A stretch of DNA of 32,000 nt from Thaumarchaeota archaeon casp-thauma3 (lineage in GTDB: Archaea; Thermoproteota; Nitrososphaeria; Nitrososphaerales; Nitrosopumilaceae): contig LFEY01000021.1 of assembly GCA_001510275.1 (NCBI GenBank), forward strand, positions 18,414 to 50,413, read 5' to 3'. Of the stretch, positions 23,443 to 32,000 are shown in pieces; positions within the stretch are counted from its first letter, which is position 1, and every line of letters begins with the position of its first letter. The notes beneath the pieces are model-generated. The model was not told where the DNA came from. It worked only from the letters and a program-made list of their open reading frames with translations, and ran no database searches. A program made the position numbers and the translations under genes.

Positions 23443-25206
23443 GTGAATTCGAGCCTGGCAAATTCGATCTTCTCCTTGAATTCTGTAGCAATGGGTGACA
23501 AAAAAGCTGATCTTGTTTTAAAAAATTGTAATTTACTGTCAGTCTATACTAGAGAAATTATTCCAAAAATTCAGATTGCAATAATTAATGATAGAATTGC
23601 ATATGTTGGTTCTGATGCGAGACATACACTGGGTAAAAAAACTATAGTCATTGATGTTAAGGACAAATACGTAAGTCCTGGGTTTGCAGATCCTCATTTA
23701 CATATTGATCAATTTGTATTACCCTCAGAATTTGTAAAAAAGGCACTTCTTTGTGGTGTTACTTCTCTTTTTTCTGATCCAATTGATATTGTTAGTGTCG
23801 CAGGTTACAAAGGCTTTCAAGAATTTCTCAAACTTGGTGAAGATTTACCAATAAGAATTTTTCAGGTAGTTCCTGGAGGTCTTCCTGTTGATGCAAAATT
23901 CAGTAACAGTAAAACTCTCTCTCTATCACAAGAAAAATCTGCGATAAAACACCCTCATGTACTTGGCTTGGGAGAAGTTTTTTCATGGACTAAAGTTATT
24001 CTACGTGAACCTAAAACAATGAAATCGCTTTCAACAATGTTAGAGTGTGATTGTATAATTAATGGACATACTGCAGGTATAAGTGAAAAAAAACTCAATG
24101 CATACGTTTCATCAGGAATACTCTCTTGTCATGAACCAATTAATTTTGATCAAGTATTAGAAAGATTACGTCTTGGAATGTGGGTAATGATTAGAGAGGG
24201 CTCTATAAGACGTGATTTGAAAGAAATCATCCCTCATGTTTTGTCTCATGGAACATACCTTAATCGTTTAATGTTTTGCTCTGATGGTCTTGATCCACTA
24301 GATATTACAAAATTTGGTCACATTGATCATTGCATCAGAGAATCAATTAGGCTTGGTCTAAAACCATTAGATGCAATTACTATGGCATCTAAGAATAATT
24401 TTGATTATTATAATATGGGAAAAGATCTTGGTGGAATTGCACCTGGAAAATTAGCAGATATTCTTATTTTCAATGATTTGAAATCATTCAAACCAAACAA
24501 AGTCTTTGTGGGAGGAAAACTTGTGGTCTCAAATGGAAGTTTGGTGACTCGTATCAAGAAAAAAATAATATCACCTTGGATTAAGAAAACTGTCAAACTA
24601 AAGAAATTCTCAAAAAATGATTTTCTTATAAAATCAAAAAAGAAAAATGTTTTTGCAAATACTATATTCATGCAAACTGAAATCATTACAAAGATTGGTT
24701 CAGCTGAACTCTATTCCAAAGATGGTTATGTATCTGCTTCTTTAGATTCTGATATATGGAAAGTTGCTGCCTTTGATAGAATTCATGGAACAAATAGACA
24801 TACCATTGGATTTCTAGAAAACTTTGGAGCTGACATTGGTGCCTTTGCTTCAACTTGGAGTTTCCATGAAAATGATCTGATAGTCATAGGTTCAAATGAT
24901 TCTGATATGGCGATTGCTTCTAATCATATTATCAAGAATCAAGGTGGACTTGTTGTGGTTAAATCTGGCAAAATTCTAGCTTCTTTGCCTTTACAATTTG
25001 CAGGAATTGTTTCAACAGATTCTTTTGAAAATGTTTCATCAAACTTTCAAAAAATTAATAATACTATTGTAGATTCAGGATGTAAATTTACTAGACCTCA
25101 TCTCATCCCTTTATTTTTGCCTTTCTTGGCTCTACCATCTGTTCGAATTCTTTCAGGTGGAATTGTTGATGTGAAAAAACGAAGTTTTATCCAGCCGATC
25201 ATATAA
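23443..25206 (+). CDS. ade: Adenine deaminase (amidohydrolase superfamily)
   Basis: ~585 aa with SPGFADPHLHID (HxH site) and GEVFSW, INGHTAG, SCHEP and CSDG motifs in the order seen in Ade-type adenine deaminases, plus the characteristic C-terminal domain. Confidence 0.8.
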   Translation: MNSSLANSIFSLNSVAMGDKKADLVLKNCNLLSVYTREIIPKIQIAIINDRIAYVGSDARHTLGKKTIVIDVKDKYVSPGFADPHLHIDQFVLPSEFVKKALLCGVTSLFSDPIDIVSVAGYKGFQEFLKLGEDLPIRIFQVVPGGLPVDAKFSNSKTLSLSQEKSAIKHPHVLGLGEVFSWTKVILREPKTMKSLSTMLECDCIINGHTAGISEKKLNAYVSSGILSCHEPINFDQVLERLRLGMWVMIREGSIRRDLKEIIPHVLSHGTYLNRLMFCSDGLDPLDITKFGHIDHCIRESIRLGLKPLDAITMASKNNFDYYNMGKDLGGIAPGKLADILIFNDLKSFKPNKVFVGGKLVVSNGSLVTRIKKKIISPWIKKTVKLKKFSKNDFLIKSKKKNVFANTIFMQTEIITKIGSAELYSKDGYVSASLDSDIWKVAAFDRIHGTNRHTIGFLENFGADIGAFASTWSFHENDLIVIGSNDSDMAIASNHIIKNQGGLVVVKSGKILASLPLQFAGIVSTDSFENVSSNFQKINNTIVDSGCKFTRPHLIPLFLPFLALPSVRILSGGIVDVKKRSFIQPII

Positions 25207-25249
25207 GTAAGTTAAAAAGGGGGATTTAATGGATTGATGCTGAATCTAA

Positions 25250-26869
25250 ATGGCATCAATTCAACAAGGACCAAATGGACCTGTTTTAGTTCTCAAAGAG
25301 AGTGCATTACAGCAAAAAGGTAAGGATGCTCAACAAAACAATATTGCTGCAGCAAAATTAGTCGCTGAATTAGTTAGAAGTAGTCTTGGACCACGTGGTC
25401 TTGATAAAATGTTAGTTGATACTTTAGGTGATGTAACTATTACAAATGATGGTGCTACAATTCTAAAAGAAATTGATGTTCAACATCCAGCAGCTAAAAT
25501 GATAGTTGAAATATCAAAAACAGTAGATAATGAAGTAGGTGATGGTACAACTTCTTCTGTTGTCTTTGCAGGAGCATTATTAGCCAGAGCAGAAGATCTT
25601 CTCAAACAAGAGGTTCATTCTTCTACCATTGTTGATGGATACCAGACAGCTGCGGAAAAAACTCTTGAAATTTACTCACAATTATCAAAGAAAATAAAGC
25701 CTGATGATAGAGAATCTCTTATTAAAATTGCAATAACTAGTATGCAATCAAAACTAATTTCTGAAGACAGTGGAATTCTATCAAAAATTGTAGTTGATGC
25801 AATTCTTGGTATTGTAACCAAGAAGGGTGAAGTTTACACTGTTGATCTTGAAAATATTAAAGTTGAAAAGAAAGCAGGTGCTTCAATTCAAGATACACAA
25901 ATTATAAAAGGTATTGTTTTAGATAAAGAAATTGTTCATAGTGGAATGCCTACAAAAATTGAAAAAGCAAAAATTGCTTTAATTAATTCGGCATTAGAAA
26001 TTGAAAAAACTGAAATGAGTGCAGAAATTAGAATTACTGATCCAACACAAATGCAGATGTTCTTAGAAGAAGAAAATCGAATGTTAAAGACAATGGTTGA
26101 CAAGTTGCATGATATTGGAGTTAATGTTTTGATTTGTCAAAAAGGAATTGATGATATTGCACAACACTATCTTGCAAAATATGGTATTCTAGCAGTTCGT
26201 CGTGTCAAAGAAAGTGATATGACTAAACTTTCTAAAGCCACAGGTGGGCGTGTAATTAGTAACTTAGATGATCTTTCAGAAAAAGATCTTGGTTATTCTG
26301 ATTTGGTTCATCAAAAGAAAGTTGAATCTGATAAATGGGTATTTGTAGAAGGTTGTAAACATCCACAATCAGTTACTATGTTAATTCGTGGCGGTTCTCA
26401 AAGAGTAATTGATGAAGTTGACCGTTCTATTCATGATGCTCTAATGGTAGTAAAAGATGTAATTGAAAAACCTGAAATTGTTGCAGGTGGTGGTGCACCA
26501 GAAGCATTTGCAGCCTCACAACTCAAAGAGTGGGCTGACAATTTTGATGGAAGAGAACAACTTGCAATTAAAAAATATGCTGAAGCATTAGAGGTAATTC
26601 CATTAACTATTGCTGAAAATGCAGGAATGGATCCAATTGATACAATGGCTAATCTAAGAGCAAAACAAAACCAAGGTCAAAAATGGACTGGAATTGATGC
26701 TAGAAACACAAAGATTGCTGATATGATGGCAATTGATGTTATTGAACCACTTGCAGTAAAAGAACAGATTATCAAATCTGCAACAGAAGCAGCATGTATG
26801 ATTCTTAGAATAGATGATGTAATCGCTATTTCTGGAGGTTCAGGTGGCGGTATGCCTCGAATGGGATAA
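25250..26869 (+). CDS. ths: Thermosome subunit (group II chaperonin)
   Basis: [28 protein letters not shown] and VAGGGAPE signatures; C-terminal GGSGGGMP tail. Confidence 0.95.
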   Translation: MASIQQGPNGPVLVLKESALQQKGKDAQQNNIAAAKLVAELVRSSLGPRGLDKMLVDTLGDVTITNDGATILKEIDVQHPAAKMIVEISKTVDNEVGDGTTSSVVFAGALLARAEDLLKQEVHSSTIVDGYQTAAEKTLEIYSQLSKKIKPDDRESLIKIAITSMQSKLISEDSGILSKIVVDAILGIVTKKGEVYTVDLENIKVEKKAGASIQDTQIIKGIVLDKEIVHSGMPTKIEKAKIALINSALEIEKTEMSAEIRITDPTQMQMFLEEENRMLKTMVDKLHDIGVNVLICQKGIDDIAQHYLAKYGILAVRRVKESDMTKLSKATGGRVISNLDDLSEKDLGYSDLVHQKKVESDKWVFVEGCKHPQSVTMLIRGGSQRVIDEVDRSIHDALMVVKDVIEKPEIVAGGGAPEAFAASQLKEWADNFDGREQLAIKKYAEALEVIPLTIAENAGMDPIDTMANLRAKQNQGQKWTGIDARNTKIADMMAIDVIEPLAVKEQIIKSATEAACMILRIDDVIAISGGSGGGMPRMG

Positions 26870-26908
26870 TTTTAGTTAAAATTTAAGCCTTCTAATTTTC
26901 ATAAATTA

Positions 26909-27778
26909 TTGTTGAACAAACTTGGTGTAGATTTAGGTGGTACAAAAACAGAAGCTATTCTACTTGATGAAAATCTAAATGTTTTAGAGAGAAAAAGAGT
27001 TCTAACTCCAAAAAATAATTATCAAGAAATTATCAATACTATTTCATCTTTGGTCTTAGATATTTCTGCAAACACCTCTGACTTTTCTTTAGGTATTTGT
27101 ACACCTGGTGCTATTTCTAAACAAACTGGATTGATTAAAAATAGTAATACACAATGCTTGATTGGAAAATCATTAAAAGAAGATTTAGAAAATAAACTAG
27201 GAAAAAAAATATCGATAGAAAATGATGCTAACTGTTTTGTAATGGCTGAAGCTAAAATGGGTGCTGCTAATGGATTTGGTACAGTCTTTGGTGTGATTAT
27301 GGGTACTGGTGTTGGTGGTGGAATTGTAATTGATGGAAAACTTTATCCTGGTAGAACTAACATTGGGGGAGAATGGGGACACCATACTTTACATCGTAAT
27401 GGAAATTCTTGTTATTGTGGTAAAACTGGATGTGTAGAGACTTACATTAGTGGTCCTTCATTGGAAAAACAATGGACACAACTAACTGGAAAATCTCAAT
27501 CTCTTCCTGAAATTCTTTCTGACATTAATAACGAGATTGGCCAAAAATGGAAAGATGAATTTTTAGAAAATTTTGGTTATGGTCTTGCTAATGTTATAGA
27601 TATCTTGGATCCTGATGTAATAGTTTTAGGTGGTGGTTTATCAAACATTGATTTTTTGTATACTGAAGGAAAAGAATCTGTTTACAGTAAAGTTTTTTCA
27701 GATTTAGTTGATACTCCAATACTGAAAAACAAATTAGGTGGTTCTGCAGGCGTATATGGTGCAGCATTTCTTACTTAA
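26909..27778 (+). CDS. ROK-family sugar kinase (glucokinase/fructokinase/N-acetylglucosamine kinase-like)
   Basis: LGVDLGGTKTE ATPase motif, GTGVGGGIV, and the ROK zinc motif GEWGHHTLHRNGNSCYCGKTGCVETYISG. A TTG start is required to include the DxGGT motif. Confidence 0.8.
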   Translation: MLNKLGVDLGGTKTEAILLDENLNVLERKRVLTPKNNYQEIINTISSLVLDISANTSDFSLGICTPGAISKQTGLIKNSNTQCLIGKSLKEDLENKLGKKISIENDANCFVMAEAKMGAANGFGTVFGVIMGTGVGGGIVIDGKLYPGRTNIGGEWGHHTLHRNGNSCYCGKTGCVETYISGPSLEKQWTQLTGKSQSLPEILSDINNEIGQKWKDEFLENFGYGLANVIDILDPDVIVLGGGLSNIDFLYTEGKESVYSKVFSDLVDTPILKNKLGGSAGVYGAAFLT

Positions 27779-27810
27779 TTATTTAGAATATCCATACTAA
27801 TCAAAAATTA

Positions 27811-28173
27811 TCAAGAATATTTTTCTTGGATTTTTAAAATCTTATTGACAATTTCAATTACATCTGCATCTAATTCTGTAGTGATCAAAATTAACCCTGC
27901 TCCTCCAATAGGTACAGTTATCCGATAAATTTTCTCATATTTTGCTAATGCAAAAATAGGCTTTCCAATTTTTTCTGCAGTTTTTTTACGTGTAGACCAT
28001 CGGTAAATTGCTTGAGATAAAGATAATTCAGTTTCTTCTTTTGATAGATGACTCTTTAATCCAGGTCTTATCTTATCATAAAGTTCACCATAATCATACA
28101 TTCCTACATATCTAATTTTTTTATCACATTCTAAAATTTCATCACAAATTTTTTCGTATTCCAAATTTATCAC
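27811..28173 (-). CDS. Hypothetical protein (120 aa) translationally coupled to guaA
   Basis: GTG start (28171-28173) overlaps the guaA stop by 1 nt (TAGTG). No domain recognised with confidence. Confidence 0.5.
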   Translation of the reverse strand: MINLEYEKICDEILECDKKIRYVGMYDYGELYDKIRPGLKSHLSKEETELSLSQAIYRWSTRKKTAEKIGKPIFALAKYEKIYRITVPIGGAGLILITTELDADVIEIVNKILKIQEKYS

Positions 28174-29696
28174 TACTGTGGCTCAATTGTTGCAGGAGGT
28201 TTACTTGAAATAGTATAAGTCACCCATGTAACATCTTCGATTTCATTTGTTATTCTATTACTCATTTTTTCTAAAAGACCATGTGGAAGTCTAGTCCAAT
28301 CTGCAGTCATTGCATCTATTGAATCTACAACTCTAATCATAACTATATTCCCATACCTTCGTTCATCACCAACAACTCCTACTGCCTTATCATCTCCAAC
28401 TGAAGCATAAGCTTGCCACACTTTATCATACAAATTAGCCTCCATTAACTCATCTTCAACAATTTTACTTGCTATTTTGGCAATCTGCAGTTTTGTTGGA
28501 GTAACTTCTCCAATTATTCTAACAGCTAAACCTGGACCCGGAAATGGATGTCTCATGAAAAGTTTTTCTGGAACGTTTAGAATTTTTGCAATCTTTCTTA
28601 CTTCATCTTTGTACAAATCTCTTAATGGTTCTAAAATTTCCAAATTGAGCCAATCTGGTAATCCTCCTACATTATGATGTGATTTAATTACTGATGCTGG
28701 TCCCTTTGAAACTCCACTTTCAATTACATCTGGATAAAGTGTGCCTTGAGCTAACCATTTGAAGGGGCCATTTTTTTCAGAAAATTCAGTAAAAACATGA
28801 ATAAATTCCTCACCTACAATTTTTCTCTTTTTCTCAGGATCTTCTATTCCTTTGAGTTTTCCAAGAAATTCATTAGCTGCATTAACTGCTGTAAAATTTA
28901 CCTTGAAATTATTTTTGAACATTTCCTCAATTTCTGTTTCTTCGTTTAATCTTAACAGACCATTATTTACAAAAACACATTTGAGATTATCTCCAATTGC
29001 TTTGTGAATTAGTAGTGCAGTTACAGTAGAATCTATACCTCCACTAACTCCACAAAGTACATTTCCTTCTATTTTTGAAATTTTTTCTACAGCTGTTTCT
29101 ATAAAACCTTCCATAGTCCAATCTTGTTTTGCTCCACATACTTTCAAAACAAAATTCTTAAGAATTTCAGTACCTTGCTCTGTATGTACTACTTCAGGAT
29201 GAAACTGAATTCCATAGACTGATTTTTCTTCTGATGCAATTGCAGCAGCTTTTGCACCTTCTGTATGTCCTATTATTTGAAATCCTGGTGGAATCTCTTC
29301 TGCTTCATCACCATGACTCATCCATGCTCTAACTGATTCTCCTATACCATTTAGAAGATCTTTATCATTATCAATTGTAAGTAATGATGAACCATATTCT
29401 TTGTTTGCTCTTTTTACTTTACCACCGTATTTGTTTACAATTAATTGATGTCCATAACAAATTCCAAGTATTGGTAAATTCATCTCATAGATTTTATTTT
29501 CTGGAACTGGAGCATCTGAATTATAAACACTTGATGGACCTCCTGAAAAAATTATTCCTTTTGGATTATGTTTTTGCAATTCTTCATAACTAATATCATA
29601 AGGAACAAGTTCTGCATAAACAGAAAATTCTCTAATTCTTCTACAAATTAAATGGCTGTACTGTGACCCAAAATCTAAAACTACAATTTTATCCAT
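28173..29696 (-). CDS. guaA: GMP synthase (glutamine-hydrolysing), fused GATase + ATP-pyrophosphatase
   Basis: GATase domain (ILGICYGHQL, QFHPEV) plus the PP-loop (GVSGGIDSTV) and the C-terminal dimerisation domain ending PPATIEPQ. ATG 29696 (MDKIVVLDFG) is preferred over the track TTG 29720. Confidence 0.95.
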   Translation of the reverse strand: MDKIVVLDFGSQYSHLICRRIREFSVYAELVPYDISYEELQKHNPKGIIFSGGPSSVYNSDAPVPENKIYEMNLPILGICYGHQLIVNKYGGKVKRANKEYGSSLLTIDNDKDLLNGIGESVRAWMSHGDEAEEIPPGFQIIGHTEGAKAAAIASEEKSVYGIQFHPEVVHTEQGTEILKNFVLKVCGAKQDWTMEGFIETAVEKISKIEGNVLCGVSGGIDSTVTALLIHKAIGDNLKCVFVNNGLLRLNEETEIEEMFKNNFKVNFTAVNAANEFLGKLKGIEDPEKKRKIVGEEFIHVFTEFSEKNGPFKWLAQGTLYPDVIESGVSKGPASVIKSHHNVGGLPDWLNLEILEPLRDLYKDEVRKIAKILNVPEKLFMRHPFPGPGLAVRIIGEVTPTKLQIAKIASKIVEDELMEANLYDKVWQAYASVGDDKAVGVVGDERRYGNIVMIRVVDSIDAMTADWTRLPHGLLEKMSNRITNEIEDVTWVTYTISSKPPATIEPQ

Positions 29697-29700
29697 ATCA

Positions 29701-30276
29701 TCACTTTTTGATATTTTCAAGCATTCGTGTTAGTGACCATCCTGCTGTACTGATTAGTTCATTTACTCTTTCTTTTTGCCTGTAGTTTTTGATAATGATT
29801 TCTCTTATGTCTGAGCCATTTTTGTTTATAATGTAATCAATAATTGATTCTTTTTGGATTTTTCCATTTTCTGCTTCTGCAAAATCTTTCTTTTTCATTT
29901 CCCCAATAATTCTATCTATGAAGAATGACTTGAAGGGTGGTGTATCATCACTAATCTCAATTTTATCATCTAAAACAATGGAAACTTGCTCTGATGTGAC
30001 AAACGCGTTGGCAATTATTTCACCATCACTTGCTCTTTTAATTGGGATTGAATTTTCTTCCGGTTTTTTTGTAGTCTCTATTTTGTTTTGAATTTCTACT
30101 TTTTTTGTTGTTCCTAACTGTGAAGCTTTTGTAAAGCTAGAATCTTTTAAGAATGAATCCAAAATTATGATATTTTTTTCTAACATTTCTATGGATTCGT
30201 GATGTTTGTCAACTTGCTCGATCAAACTTTCCTTCAAAGCAACAATGTCTTTTACTTGACCCTCTGAGAATTTCAT
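29701..30276 (-). CDS. Hypothetical protein (191 aa)
   Basis: ORF ending 4 nt before the guaA ATG. N-terminal coiled-coil-like segment. No recognised domain. Confidence 0.5.
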   Translation of the reverse strand: MKFSEGQVKDIVALKESLIEQVDKHHESIEMLEKNIIILDSFLKDSSFTKASQLGTTKKVEIQNKIETTKKPEENSIPIKRASDGEIIANAFVTSEQVSIVLDDKIEISDDTPPFKSFFIDRIIGEMKKKDFAEAENGKIQKESIIDYIINKNGSDIREIIIKNYRQKERVNELISTAGWSLTRMLENIKK

Positions 30277-30311
30277 AATTTGATCAATAAGGGATGGGTA
30301 TTAAATGCATT

Positions 30312-31058
30312 CTAGGTAATTATAATATCCACATCTTTGTATGATATTTTTTTAAATCCTCTAATTGGTTTTGATGTGGTGAATAATTCAGATTTTGTAA
30401 TAGTTGATAGCCATTCTAAAAGTGATTTTCCTCTTTTTAATTTCATTAATTTTGTTTTTCTTTCTGATTTTTTTGTATTTGAAAATTTTCCAATTCGGTT
30501 TCCAAAATCCATACCAAATAAAATAATTTTTTTTGCGCCATAATGGTTAGCTAGAAAAACTCCTCTATCTCCATCAGTAAATCCTCCGAAATTTTGGATT
30601 TTACTAAAAGGCTTTGATTGAGTTGTTCCAATACAATTTTTAAATTTTTTTGCAGATTCTAGTTTTTCTATATTGTCTCCGTGTGCATGTACAATAAATA
30701 TTGATTTTGTTTTTGCGATTTTTTTTAATGTGTTTTTATCTCCATCTAAATCCGTAACTACAATGTCTGGAATAATTCCATTTTCTACTAGAGGTTTAAG
30801 TGAACTATCTGCAGCAATTTTTATCGATTTTTTAAAATTTTTTAATTTTGGAATAGCAATTGATAATGAGGGTCCAGACCCTATCACAAAAACGGTTTTC
30901 CCTTTTACTAAATTGATAATTTTTTTATTAACATCTGATTTTTTTAAAATTGAATTTAAAAGAATAGCTGATTCTTGATCCTTTTTTTCACTATACTTGA
31001 ATTCCTTCAAAATATCTGAATATTTCTTTTTCCAACCTGACATTATCATATAACTCAA
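30312..31058 (-). CDS. mptE: 6-hydroxymethyl-7,8-dihydropterin pyrophosphokinase, archaeal MptE type (DUF115)
   Basis: VIGSGPSL, VVTDLDGD, HAHGDN and GGFTDGDR motifs characteristic of MptE-like kinases. It lies head-to-head with dihydropteroate synthase. Confidence 0.75.
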   Translation of the reverse strand: MSYMIMSGWKKKYSDILKEFKYSEKKDQESAILLNSILKKSDVNKKIINLVKGKTVFVIGSGPSLSIAIPKLKNFKKSIKIAADSSLKPLVENGIIPDIVVTDLDGDKNTLKKIAKTKSIFIVHAHGDNIEKLESAKKFKNCIGTTQSKPFSKIQNFGGFTDGDRGVFLANHYGAKKIILFGMDFGNRIGKFSNTKKSERKTKLMKLKRGKSLLEWLSTITKSELFTTSKPIRGFKKISYKDVDIIIT

Positions 31059-31071
31059 ATTGCCTTAGTTT

Positions 31072-31935
31072 TTGATAAACCATGTGACTCGAATGGGAAA
31101 TGTACGAGTAGGTGGGAAAAATCCTGTACGTATAATGGGTATTTTAAACACCAGTCCTGAATCATTTTACAAAAAATCTGTTAGTAGAACTAAAACTCAT
31201 ATAAAAAATACTGTAAAACAAATGGAAAATGAAGGAGCAGATTTCATTGATGTTGGAGGTATGTCTACTGCACCTTATTTATCTACAATAGTCTCAGAAA
31301 AAGTTGAATCAAAAAGAATTCTTAATGCAATCAAAATAATTCAAAATGTTTCTAATCTTCCAATCTCTGTTGATACATGTAGAGCCAAAGTTGCTAGAGA
31401 TGCTTTAGAATGTGATATTGAGATAATCAATGACATTTCTGGATTAAAGTATGATAAAAAAATGCAAGAGGTTATTTCAGAATTTACTCCATCTCTAATT
31501 TTATGTGCATATGATTCCAAAACTGTTTTTGGGAATCCTGTAGCTACAACCAAAAAACTTCTTAGGGAAAGCTTGAAAATTGCAAAAAAATCACATATTC
31601 CATCTGAAAAAATCGTATTAGATCCTGCTATTGGATTTTTTAGAAAAACTGGACAAGGTCCATTTTTTACAAAAATTAAATCAGATTGGGTAGAAAGAGA
31701 TCTATCAATAATCAAAAACTTGAATTCTATAAAGCAGAATCATCCAATTCTAATCTCTGTTTCAAACAAATCTTTTCTAGGAAATATTTTAGGAAAAGAA
31801 AACCCTTCTGATCGATTATTTGGCTCAATAGCTGCAGAAGCTATATCTGTCATAAATGGCGCTGACATTATTCGTACTCATAATGTTGAGGCTACTAAAG
31901 AAGCAATAACGATAGCTTCTAAACTCTCAAGATGA
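31072..31935 (+). CDS. folP: Dihydropteroate synthase
   Basis: IMGILNTSPESFY, GADFIDVGGMSTAP, INDISG, DPAIGF and IIRTHNV pterin-binding TIM-barrel motifs. The start is ambiguous (TTG 31072, GTG 31084, ATG 31093). Confidence 0.85.
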   Translation: MINHVTRMGNVRVGGKNPVRIMGILNTSPESFYKKSVSRTKTHIKNTVKQMENEGADFIDVGGMSTAPYLSTIVSEKVESKRILNAIKIIQNVSNLPISVDTCRAKVARDALECDIEIINDISGLKYDKKMQEVISEFTPSLILCAYDSKTVFGNPVATTKKLLRESLKIAKKSHIPSEKIVLDPAIGFFRKTGQGPFFTKIKSDWVERDLSIIKNLNSIKQNHPILISVSNKSFLGNILGKENPSDRLFGSIAAEAISVINGADIIRTHNVEATKEAITIASKLSR

Positions 31936-32000
31936 CACAAAGGCTTATAATCAATATTTGACTTTCTTAACAAGGTTTCATTGGAATTCAAAGAAGGATT

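Noticed and set aside
1-32000. Searched by eye for tRNA/rRNA genes, CRISPR repeat arrays, integrase/transposase/IS elements, prophage genes and known defence-system proteins.
   Set aside because: No GC-rich structured-RNA islands, no regularly spaced 25-40 nt repeats, and no ORF with recombinase, nuclease-helicase or Cas-like motifs were recognised. Absence is by inspection only, not by covariance or HMM search.

Overview
AT-rich (roughly one-third GC by eye), very densely packed archaeal chromosomal segment. It holds about 42 protein genes, many with 1-23 nt start/stop overlaps. Archaeal markers are TFE-alpha, aTrm56, NAC, a group II chaperonin, r-proteins S27e/L44e, CobY and MptE. These, the base composition and TATA boxes about 25-30 nt upstream of start codons point to a marine ammonia-oxidising thaumarchaeon (Nitrosopumilus-like); this is inference and needs BLAST. 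Recognisable content in order: amidohydrolase + riboflavin reductase ArfC; Lys-rich SWIB-like protein; hemerythrin; ALDH; hflX-trm56-tfe; AbrB-PhoU regulator; PUA protein + NAC; an 885-bp non-coding gap; Zn-ribbon protein; small ORF + UbiD-family decarboxylase; acyl-CoA thioesterase; an orphan cassette (12.85-15.58 kb); Lrp/AsnC + heme O synthase; asd; a late cobalamin operon (cobD, GATase-less cobQ-like, cbiB, cobS, cobY); rpl44e-rps27e; adenine deaminase; thermosome; ROK kinase; guaA flanked by unknowns; and head-to-head mptE/folP. I recognised no rRNA, tRNA, CRISPR array, transposase or integrase. No single obvious novel system stands out. The best candidates are: (1) two convergent orphan operons, each headed by a Trp-repeat paralogue; (2) a CobQ homologue lacking its glutaminase domain, wedged between cobD and cbiB; (3) an amidohydrolase translationally coupled to the stand-alone riboflavin reductase; (4) an Lrp/AsnC gene whose HTH domain has no canonical start codon. 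All functional calls come from motif recognition by eye, since no searches could be run.
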